From contig CM074812.1 in NCBI GenBank assembly GCA_037447605.1, forward strand, positions 3,100,001 to 3,164,000: a DNA stretch of 64,000 nucleotides, read 5' to 3'. Source of the DNA: Zygnema circumcarinatum SAG 698-1b. Taxonomy: Eukaryota > Plantae > Zygnematophyceae. This document shows positions 25,746-37,200 of the stretch, piece by piece. The translations under genes were made by a program, and so were the position numbers. Positions within the stretch are counted from its first letter, which is position 1. Every line of letters begins with the position of its first letter. Below the pieces are notes generated by a model, which made no database searches, was not told the DNA's origin, and saw nothing but the letters and a program-made list of their open reading frames with translations.

Positions 25746-26068
25746 AATTGAAGGTACAATAAATGAAGGCGAACGGGCGAATCAGCGCACGCCACGTAGG
25801 ATTACGTAACTGATGTGGCAGCTTTGGATTGATCCAAGGATTGTTAGGATTTTTCTCGACCGTTGGCAAACCACCGCCTAACCAATGGTTGGAAACCTTC
25901 CAACCAACGGTTGGCTAGCTAACCATCTGGTTAAACGACTAGCGTCAATGCAAGTGCCTGTTGGAAAGTTACGACCTTTTGGAACGTTTCCACAAACCCC
26001 TAAAACCCCAATGGCCCCAATGGGCCTAGACGTAGTTTTCAGCTCCAAACTTTTTCTTTTTGTTCTTA

Positions 26069-26327
26069 GGTCCTTTGCGACCAATTCCTCGTGGTTCCCC
26101 ATGCTGCTGGTTTTGTGCATGTGATGGCATCATCGCCATTCTGAGTTCAAGGCCACATCCATTGGACCTAAACCCTAAATCTCAAAACCCTAAACAGCCC
26201 CTCTTTTCCCTTTGTCCTTAGGTCCTTTGCCACCAGCTCCTCGTGGTTCTTTCCCCATGATGATGATGTTGTCCACGGACATTTGATGGCATGCATCATC
26301 GCCATCGTGAGATCAATGCCACTTCCC
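26069..26327 (-). repeat. Two tandem diverged copies of the ~95-bp hairpin repeat family (26069-26151, 26208-26327)
   Basis: They share ggtcctttgc.acca..tcctcgtggttc and atttgatggc...gccat..gag.tcaa with 12602-12696. Confidence 0.8.
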
Positions 26328-26332
26328 CTCCC

Positions 26333-26482
26333 CCTAAAACCCCAATTCCCGTCCCCTTTAAACCCCAATTCCTCTCCCCCTAAAACCCCAATTCCTCTCC
26401 CCCTAAAACCCCAAGTCCCCTCGCCCTAAAACCCCAACCCCCCTCCCCCTAAAACCCCAATTCCTCTCCCCCTAAAACCCCA
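26333..26482. repeat. ~24-bp minisatellite (CCCCTAAAACCCCAATTCCTCTC)
   Basis: About six degenerate tandem copies. Confidence 0.8.
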
Positions 26483-27157
26483 CTGCATTAGTTTTTTGAT
26501 TGATGCATATGGAAGTGTTTGAATGCGTGCATGAGTACACTTGGAAAGAAAAAGAACAAAAGGGCAAAAAAATCCTAAAGACAGCAGTTAGAACAAGTTG
26601 GCAGCCGCCGCAGGTGTATGGGCCGTATGTTTGGTTGGCTGGTTTAAAAACCCTAAAAAACCTAAAAACCCTAAAAACCCTACAAGACCAGTCAAGTCAG
26701 TCAGTCAGTCAGTCAGTCAGTCAGTCGCCGCGAATCCATCCAATCACAGTTAACAAATAGCACTCGAGACTTCCTTTAAAAACTGCAGTCAGTCAGTCAA
26801 CCCAGTCACCGCAGTTCCATGTTCCAGTTCCAGTTCCAAGTTGTCAAAATAACGGAGCACATCTGACTGACAGTTCGCTTCCCCGCGTTCTATGATAACA
26901 ATTAAAAACAGTAACAACCGTGAAACAGAACAACAACTGCGTTGAACTGAACTATGTACACATAGAGCAAGGCACACACCCCCTCTACACAAATTTAAGA
27001 AACAAAAAACTAAGCATAAGTGAACTACCAGTACACGACTTGTAAGAAATTTCAAAGTTCCCAGTGGATCCTAGTGGTTTCTAGGTTGACAACAGGGGTC
27101 CTATGCTCGCAGATTCAGTTGATTCCGTTGGCCCCTACAAGCTTGAGGGTTTCTGAA

Positions 27158-28156
27158 TTATTCTCCGTCTGAGTCCAAGTCGATGACAGGCACCTGTGAA
27201 GCCGGAAGCTTCCTGGAAGGTTCACCCCCTGTTATTAGAGCCGGATTTTGCTCGTTTCCATGTTCTCCACATGCGTTCGATAGAACAGGCGTTCCGAGTG
27301 TCCGTGAAACGGGAACGGGAACTGAAACTGAAACTGAAACGGGGGTGGGACCTGTTGCAAGGAGAGGCCTCGCCTGCTCGCTCGTGTGGCCTCCTCCTGC
27401 TCTCACACTTCTCACAACTCCACCTGAACGTTTCGAGGGTTGGAGTTAATAGCCAGATCGGTGGAGGGAGGGAGGGAGGGAGGGAGAGAGGGCGGGAGGG
27501 GAAGGGGACGAGGGGAGGAGGAGGAGGGGAGGAGGGGTGGAGGGGAGGAGGGGTGGGAGGGAGAGAGGGAGGAGGGAGGGAGAGAGGGAGGGAGGAAGGG
27601 GGATGTGAGGGGATGAGGGGATGAAGGGAGGAGGGGAGGAGGGGTGGGAGGGGAGGAGGGGTGGGAGGGAGGGAGGGAGGGAGAGAGGGAGGGAGGGAAG
27701 GGGGGATGAGGGGATGAGGGGAGGAGGGGAGGAGGGGTGGGAGGGGAGGAGGGGTGGGAGGGAGGGAGGGAGGGAAGAGGGGAGGAGGAAGGGCGAGAGG
27801 GAGGGAGAGAGAAAGAGGGAGGGAAGTTGAGGGAGAGAGGACAAAGGCAGGGAGGGAGAGAACGAAAGGGAGGGGGGTTGAGCGAGGGAGGTTGGCAAAG
27901 GGAGGGAGGCTGGTTGAGGGAGGGACGGACGGCAAGAGTGAGAGAGAGAGAGAAAGGGAGGGAGGTTGAGCGAGGGAAGTTGTTAAAGGGAGGGAGGAAG
28001 GTAGAGGGAGGTCAAGAAAGGAGGGAGGATGACGATGGATGCAGGGAGGGAGGGAGGGATGGAGGGAAGGAGATTGAGGGACGGGCTGAGCAAAGTTGAC
28101 AGAGGTTTAGAGTGGGACTGAGGTTAAGGGAGGGAGGGAGGGAGGGTGGGAGGGAC

Positions 28157-28252
<96 letters not shown>

Positions 28253-31200
28253 TGGGTTTTCAAGGGATTATGGTCTGGATAACTTACCTCCTGCTGCGGG
28301 AGAGCTATCGCGGACTACAGGATGGCCGGTGTGAACTCCAAAAAATTGAGATGTATTGGTTCCGGGAATTCGCACCGGGAGCCGACTCCCCCCCTGAACC
28401 TGCTGTTCCATGCTCACAGTTCCGTTATTCGTTGAGAAATGGAGAGCTCCTATTGGGGCAGAAGTAGTCTCTCCCATTGGACCGTTACTGAAGTGAGAAG
28501 TAGACTGGGATGCAGCGAGATGTAGAGTCTGCAGAGCTGACTGAGAGTGAGAGGAGAGAGAGGTAGAGAGAGAGGGAGAGAGTGGGGAGGAGTGAGGTCG
28601 TAGCATAGGAAGGGGGCTGCGAGTGGTTCGCATTCCGGCAGCCATGGATTGAGCTTGAGCTGCTCCTCCACCAACAGGTCTTCCAGATGAAGGGTGGGAG
28701 AGGGGGGGGTGGAGAGGGAGGGAGGATGGGAGAGGGGGTGAGAGAGAGGGAACAGTAGAGGTAGGAGATGTTCCAAATACTGGATACCCATGGACTATAT
28801 TTACTTGATGCTGAGAATTGGCATTTTGGGGGGGTATGGGAGGGGTAAGAGGAGAAGGTTGGAAGGAGGAGGAGGAGGAGAAGGTTGAATCTCCTCTCAG
28901 AGCAGCTCCTAACTGTGGCGTTCCATGCGTCTGCAGTTCCGTGCTAGACAACAACGAGAACTGCGAAGCTCCATGTGACTGTTGCGGTGGAACTGTCCGT
29001 TGAACAGGCCTTGAATTTCCCTTGTTACGGTTCCGTCTAACGGTATATTTTGTACGGAAAAGCTCTGCAAGGGCCCGATTCTGAAGGAGAATTGCTTTCC
29101 GTTCTTCTAACGGTTTACGGAAAACGGAAAACTGTTTTTCCTTTTCCTGCTGCCACCTGTCAAACTGATTGCTCGCTTCCTCAATACGAGCATCCTCTTG
29201 CGCTATCTGCTGCTGCAGTTCCGTAATTTTCCGTTGCAATTCCTCTTTTACCATATCCGCTTTTTGGATTATTTTGTCCCTTTCCTCGAGCTTCATCGCC
29301 CTTTCCTTGTCCATCTGTGAAAAAAAAAAATTTCGTGGGCTTTTGGGATTTTCAGTTTTTCAGGGTTGTTAGAAATTTGGGGCTTCTAAGAATGTTAAGG
29401 GAAGTGTATTCAAGAACTAAGAAGAAAGGAAGAAAGAAAGAAACCTAAAACATATAATAAGAAGTAAGAGATATCAGAAACAAGTTTAATGATTGACGAC
29501 ATTTTCCGATTCCCCGGGAGGGGGAGGGGGAGGGGGANNNNNNNNNNGGTCCTACCTCCTCTTTGAGTGTTCTCTCCATCAGCCGCTGCTCCTCCTTCAC
29601 CAACCTCTCCTCCACTTCAACCGGATCCAAATTTTGCAATCGCATGTGATGAATGTGTTGAATGAACTGGTTCATTATTAGAATTCTATGGGGGGGTCTC
29701 CTCCTCTCCGGGGTTCTCGCTCTTTCTCCGCCCGTCTCCCGCCCACTCTCAGGCTGCCCTTCCCTCTCCCTCCCCCTCTCCCTCTCATTTTCTCCCACTC
29801 GCTCACTTTCCATCTCCGTTCTGCTCTCCATCTCCCTCTCGCTCTCCGTCAATCTCCCTCCCCCCCCCTCTCCCTCCCTCTCCCTCTCCATTTCTCCGAC
29901 TTGCTCACTTTCCATCTCCGTCCTAGACTCCATCTCCCTCTCGCGCTCCGTCAATCTCTCTCCCTCCCCCTCCCCCGCCCCCTCTCTCTCCCTCCGCCTC
30001 TCCCTCTCCCCCTCCGAATCCTGAATTACGACTGGAGAATTAGATATCAGGGTTTGCTCATTCCCTCCTACTGCCTCCCTCACCTCCCTCTCCGATTCAT
30101 CCTGTCGTCCCTCTCTCTCTCTACACTCTGTCTCTCTTCTCTCACTTTCCCTTCCCACTCCCTCTGCCTCTCCTCCCACTCTTTCTCCCTGCTCCTTTAC
30201 TCGTTTCCTCACGTCCAAAACCATCTGCTTTGCTGCTGAAATAATCTTATTTGATTTTTCCACATTCAAATCTCCTCCCCTTCTCAATGTTCCCAATTCC
30301 TCATTATGAACTTGCTTTAAATTTGCTAACAAAATATTCTGCTCTGAAATTATTTTCTCTTTGCTTTCCTCCAACTCCCTAATACTCCCTCCATTTTGAA
30401 CACCATCAAGGGAAGTAGAGAGTAGAGAGAGAGCTTCCTCCATATCAATCATTAGCTGAGAAACTTCTCTCGTCTGCTCCATCCTCCTTTCCTCAACTAT
30501 CCTCTCCCTCCCTTCTTCCTCCTCCTTACTCTCACCTCTGCCACTAACCAATCCGCTATCAATCCCCTGATTAGCTTGTATTTCTCCCTCTCCTTCACAT
30601 GCATCAATTAGATTCTCCCTCACTATTTCAGGTCTTCCCTCTTCCCTTGTCTCCCTCTCCACTCCCTCTCCCTCTCCCTCTCCTTCTCTCTCTCCCACTC
30701 CCTCTTTCAAAGAGGCTCCTCCTTCACCAATAGAAGGCCCTCTCTCTCCTTCTGCAGAATTCGACTTCAATGTATGTCCCATAGTAGGTCCGACAGGAAT
30801 GGAAGCGGGAACAGAAACGGGCACGGAAATAGGTTCGGAAACAGGTTCGGGAGGATGTTCGGAAACTGCAGCAGTGGAGCTGGGATTCGAACGGAGTTGA
30901 AAATTGGGACAAGGAACAGGCACTGCCAACGGAACAGGAACAGGAATGNNNNNNNNNNGGGAGGGAGAGGGGGAGGGGTCCTACCTCCTCTTTGAGTGTT
31001 CTCTCCATCAGCCGCTGCTCCTCCTTCACCAACCTCTCCTCCACTTCAACCGGATCCAAATTTTGCAATCGCATGTGATGAATGTGTTGAATGAACTGGT
31101 TCATTATTAGAATTCTATGGGGGGGTCTCCTCCTCTCCGGGGTTCTCGCTCTTTCTCCGCCCGTCTCCCGCCCACTCTCAGGCTGCCCTTCCCTCTCCCT

Positions 31201-34200
31201 CCCCCTCTCCCTCTCATTTTCTCCCACTCGCTCACTTTCCATCTCCGTTCTGCTCTCCATCTCCCTCTCGCTCTCCGTCAATCTCCCTCCCCCCCCCTCT
31301 CCCTCCCTCCCTCTCCCTCTCCATTTCTCCGACTTGCTCACTTTCCATCTCCGTCCTAGACTCCATCTCCCTCTCGCGCTCCGTCAATCTCTCTCCCTCC
31401 CCCTCCCCCGCCCCCTCTCTCTCCCTCCGCCTCTCCCTCTCCCCCTCCGAATCCTGAATTACGACTGGAGAATTAGATATCAGGGTTTGCTCATTCCCTC
31501 CTACTGCCTCCCTCACCTCCCTCTCCGATTCATCCTGTCGTCCCTCTCTCTCTCTACACTCTGTCTCTCTTCTCTCACTTTCCCTTCCCACTCCCTCTGC
31601 CTCTCCTCCCACTCTTTCTCCCTGCTCCTTTACTCGTTTCCTCACGTCCAAAACCATCTGCTTTGCTGCTGAAATAATCTTATTTGATTTTTCCACATTC
31701 AAATCTCCTCCCCTTCTCAATGTTCCCAATTCCTCATTATGAACTTGCTTTAAATTTGCTAACAAAATATTCTGCTCTGAAATTATTTTCTCTTTGCTTT
31801 CCTCCAACTCCCTAATACTCCCTCCATTTTGAACACCATCAAGGGAAGTAGAGAGTAGAGAGAGAGCTTCCTCCATATCAATCATTAGCTGAGAAACTTC
31901 TCTCGTCTGCTCCATCCTCCTTTCCTCAACTATCCTCTCCCTCCCTTCTTCCTCCTCCTTACTCTCACCTCTGCCACTAACCAATCCGCTATCAATCCCC
32001 TGATTAGCTTGTATTTCTCCCTCTCCTTCACATGCATCAATTAGATTCTCCCTCACTATTTCAGGTCTTCCCTCTTCCCTTGTCTCCCTCTCCACTCCCT
32101 CTCCCTCTCCCTCTCCTTCTCTCTCTCCCACTCCCTCTTTCAAAGAGGCTCCTCCTTCACCAATAGAAGGCCCTCTCTCTCCTTCTGCAGAATTCGACTT
32201 CAATGTATGTCCCATAGTAGGTCCGACAGGAATGGAAGCGGGAACAGAAACGGGCACGGAAATAGGTTCGGAAACAGGTTCGGGAGGATGTTCGGAAACT
32301 GCAGCAGTGGAGCTGGGATTCGAACGGAGTTGAAAATTGGGACAAGGAACAGGCACTGCCAACGGAACAGGAACAGGAATGGAAACAGAAACAGAGACAG
32401 AAATCGGTTCGGAAACGGGAGCAGGCTCAGAAACAGTACGAGATCAGAGATGGAAACAGGCATGGAAAGAGGTTCGGAAGAGGTGCGGAAGCCGAAGTGG
32501 GTTGGAGGGAAAGGGAAGAAATCGATTCGAGAAGAAGTGAGGGAGAGTAGAGGAGAGTGAGGGAGGGTGAGAGAGTGGGACAGTGGCTGAGAGTGGGGAC
32601 ATGGAAATGGTAGAAAATGCAGAGTCAAGATTTGGAGCAGGCAGGGAAAGGGGCTTACAATTAGGCTCGGAAATAGGCTCGGTTATAGGTTCGGAATTAG
32701 GTTCGGAATTAGGTTCGGAACAAGGTTCGGGAATAGGAACAATATGAGTGTTTTCGGAAAGGCATCCAGAAACAGGCACAGGAACAGGTAGACAGAGAGA
32801 GGGAACGGGAGGAGCTTCGGAGACAGGTTCGGGAAGTAGGGCAGGTCTGGAAACAGGTTCGGAAGGTGAGATAGGTTCGGGAACAGGTTCGAGAGGTGGG
32901 GCAGGTCTGAAAACAGGTTCGGAAGGTGAGATAGGTTCGGGAACAGGTTCGGGAGGTGGGGCAGGTCTGAAAACAGGTTCGGAAGGTGAGATAGGTTCGG
33001 GAACAGGTTCGGCAAGTGGGGCAGGTCTGGAAACAGGTTCGGAAGGTGAGACAGACTTGCGAAAAGTTTCGGGAAGGAGTTTGGGATGTGGAACAGGTAC
33101 GGAGGGAGGTTCGGGAAGAGATTTGGAATTCTTGAAGCAGAGAGCCATAACTTGTTTTTGCAAAGTTCGAATGTTTCCGAGCGTGAATTTGAGCTGCATT
33201 TTGCGTCGTACTAATTCATGCGAAAGTTGGTGGTCCAAATCGTACTTCATGTCAGAGGCAGCCTGCCAACACTGCTCGTTCAATGGAGAGACAGCGAGAG
33301 AGAGAGAGAGAGAGATATATAGAGAAAAGGGTTTTAGAGTTTTAGGGTTTTTAGGGAGAGAGAGGGATTGAGAGAGGGAGCGAGAGAGGTGGGGAGAGAG
33401 AGAGGGGGGAGAGGGGGATGGAGAGAGGGGTGAGAGAGGGAGAGGGAGGAAGAGAGGGAAAGAGGGAGAGGGAGTGAGAGACAAGGGAAGAGGGAGAGAG
33501 GGAGAGAGAGACGGAGGGAGGGAAGCGGGAGAGAGGGGCGAGAGAGAGAAAAAGTAATAATTTAGAAAGGAAAAAAAAAGAAAATAATATCAGATATCAG
33601 TATAAGTGGGAAATTTGAAAAGCGGAAGGACCTCATTGCACTAACAATTGTTAAGGAGAGAGAGANNNNNNNNNNGGATTGGGGAGGGGGGAGGAGGGAG
33701 GGGAGAGAGGGGATGAAGGTGGTGGTAGAGGTGGTTGGGAGGGAGGGAGGGAGGGAGGGAGGGAGGAAGGGAGGGAGGGGAGGAGTAGGGGGTTGGGAGG
33801 ATGGGAGGGAGGGAAGGGTAGGGGAGGGAGGGAGGGAGGGAGTTACCATTGCCAAGGCGATAGCCGGGAGAGCCTGCCGATTTGCAAACTTGTCCTTATC
33901 CCATTTGAGAACTTTTTGAACCAAATAGTTTACTTGCTCCTCCACATGCTTCTGCAAAGAGAAAAAAATAAAATTCAATGACAATTGCATTAGGGAGAGA
34001 GCGGGGAAAGAGCGGGGTAGAGAGGGATAGCGAGAGATGGGGAGAGATGGAGGAAGTGGGAGTGAGGGAGAGATTGAGAGGAAGGAGAGTAGAGAGAGGG
34101 GAAGGAGAGTGGGAGAGAGCGAGAAAGGGAGTGGGAGGTGAGAGGGGACGAGAGAGAGGATCAGAGGGCGGGGGGAAGGGAAGCGTCACAAGAGAGGGGG

Positions 34201-37200
34201 AGAGTGCGAGGAAGGGGGGGTTACACAGGGGAAATGACAGGTGGAAGGAGAGACAGAGAGGGCAAGGAGAGAGATAGGAAGGAGAGGGAGGTGAGAGGGA
34301 GAGAAAGGAACCGCTAGCGAGAAGGATACCAAGGGTGAGTGAGGGGGGAAGAGTGCGAGGAAGTGTAAGATAAGGAGGGGAAGTTAGCGAGGGATTCAGA
34401 GACAGAGGGAGAAAGAGAAAGGGAGACGGAAGGGGAAGGGGGGGCGAGAGAAGGAGAGCGAAAGAGCGAGAGAGAGAGAGAGAGAGAGAAAGCGAGAGAG
34501 AGAGAGCGAGAGAGAGAGAAAGAGAGAGAGAGGGAGTTGTTTTGTTTCGTACCGGTATCTCCAAAGCTTTGTACATTGACTGTAAAACAGGTTCATATTT
34601 CTCCCAACTTTCTTTAAATTTTTTTTCTGAGTCCGATTTTGGAGTGAGAGAGAGAAAGCCGGCAGAGGACGAAATTGGCGATCCGGAGTTTGATTTTTCG
34701 AACAGTTTAGAATTCGGTTTAGTGGCACTATACGGGTGGGAAATTTTTACTCCAATGGGGCTTGAAATAAATTCCAAATCGGAGCCTTGTGGGAGGGAGG
34801 AGGGAGTAGGTAAGGCTAAAGCTTCAGGAAATGAGGATATTTTTGAAACCCCATTCTCTCCCACACCTATCTCCCGCCTGTCGGAGACTCTCTCCCCTCT
34901 CCCTTCCATCACTCCTCTCTCACTCCCATTTTCTGGCCCTTCTTCGACCTCATTTTCGACCCCATATTGCATTACGTTTGCTAATATCACTCCTTCCACT
35001 CCCACTCTCACTCCCACTCCTGCTCCCACTGCCTCTCCCACTCCCTCTCCCACCCCTCCCCTTTCTCCTTTCCCAACTTCCACTATCTCCAGAGATAGCC
35101 TTCTTTCCTTAGCCGGAGCATTCAAATCGTACAATTTTTTCCGTTTTTTCCGTTTCTGATTTTCCGGCTCTGAGTTATCTGTTTGAATCTCTTCCAGTGC
35201 TCCTCCTTCCCCTCCCTCTCCTCTCTCCTCTCCTTCCTCACTCTCATCCTCCTCTCTCTGTCCTTCTCTCCCTCCCCACCTTCCCCCATTCTCCTCTGCC
35301 TCCCTCCCTCTCTCCTTCCGTTTCTCTCCCACCGTCGCTCCCATTTCTGGAAGTCCTCCACTCCCACTCTCCCAGCTCTCCTCACTCGCTGAAGTATCAT
35401 CTATGGCTACTCTCTCTTCCACCCTACTATTAACAGTATCAAGCTTTGAAGAATCTTTCCCTCCTCCTCCCTCCCTTCTCTCACGGAACATTGTTGCCCA
35501 GAACTCATTTGGGTCATGCATTTCAATAGACCTTTCTTGTGAAAACTTCTCCTCCAAAAAGATCTCTATCTGCCCTCTCCCTCCCTCTCTCCCTCCCTCC
35601 CTCCCTCCCTCTCCCGCTCCTTCTCCCATTTCCAGCAACATAAGGACCTTTTCCGGGGTGTATCGATATCGTCTTCGAAGATAAACAGGAAGTCCCCATT
35701 GTAGCAAAGCTTGACAGATTTCTACGGAGCTAAAATCGTTGAATTTCAGTTCTCCGTTTAACGGATTCAACGCATTTTGCACGATATCGCTTCCGCAATT
35801 CTTTCGGGAACTCGAAGTCGGTACTTCTTGAAATCGAGCCATTAGCATTGCACATTCTTCCATACTTCTGCTCGTGAAGAATCGGTACACCGCAACTTCC
35901 TTGTCCTTTGCATCCGGAAAAACTAGGGAGAGGGCCTGTATTCGTTTCAGGAAAAAGAAAAAAGAAAAAAAGCAAATAGACGTAGTAAATGTTAAAAAGT
36001 AGATAATTTAACGAATGTCTTCAATTAAAATGAAGACATTTAGAAAAAATCCAGCGATGTAGGGCTCATGTGAGAGGAAATAACAAAATAAAAACATGTT
36101 TTTATTGCAAATGAAGATGCTGGGAAGCTAACAGAGACTGAGAGGACGAGGACGAGAGAGGGAGAGGGAGAGGGAGAGAGAGGAGGGGAAGCGTGAGAGA
36201 GGGAGAGGATGAGGGCGAGAGAACAAGAGCAGGAGCGCGGGATGGAGATGGAAGAGGTGGGAACAGGGAGGAGAGGCAATTGGAGAGCGAAGAGATACAG
36301 AGTACGAGAGAGGAAGACAGAGGGAGAGAGGCGACGAGGAAGAGAGTGTCAGCTGTACGTTTTGCCTCACTTGACTCACCTTCTCTTATCTCAATTCACT
36401 CCCTTCTCTTGCAACTTTCCCTATTTCACGTATCTATTCCTGTCTATACGGATCTTTCCTTCCCTCTTTCCCCTCTCCCTCCCTCCCTGCTCTTTCCCTC
36501 TCCGCTCCCTCTCCGTCTCCCTCCTCTCGTTCTCCTTCTCCTCTCCGTCTATGTCCATCTCCTCTCCCTCTCCTCGCCCTCTCCTCTCCCTCTCCTGTCC
36601 CTCCCCACTTTCTCTCCCTATACCTCTCCGTCTCCCTCTCTCTCCTCTCCTCTCCCAATCCCTCTCCTGTCCTTCTCCTCTCACATTCCTGCCCCTCTCC
36701 TCTTCCTCGCCTCTCCCTCTCCTCGCCCTCTCCTCTCCCTCTCCTCTCCCTCTCCACTTTCTCTCCCTATACCTCTCCGTCTCCCTCCCCTTCTTCTCCT
36801 CTCCCAATCCCTCTCCTGTCCTTCTCCTCTCACACTCCTGCCCCTCTCCTCTTCCTCGCCTCTCCCTCTCCTTGCCTCTCCTCTCCCTCTCCTCTCCCTC
36901 TCCTTAGTCGTTCCCTAAACCTCTCCGTCTCCCTCTCCTTCCTCTCCTCTCCCAATCCCTCTCCTGTCCTTCTCCTCTCCCACCCTCTCCTCTTCCTCGC
37001 CTCTCCCTCTCCCTCTCCCTGTACCCAAGTCGAAAGCAGAGATGCAGAGGCTTACCTCCACATCCTTTGACGGGTTCCATGCGCTGTCGAAAAGAAAAAC
37101 TGTTCGAAATTTCGTTAAATTAAGCCCCAAATTGCAAGCCTTTGTGGGCAAAAGGAGAGCCGCCAAATTTTCATTCTTTCCTACCCCCGAAATTTTTTCA

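Noticed and set aside
29548-32370. Apparent duplication of the large MOM1-like exon
   Set aside because: It is bounded by 10-N gaps on both sides, starts mid-exon with no acceptor site, and differs only in homopolymer runs. This indicates an assembly artefact.
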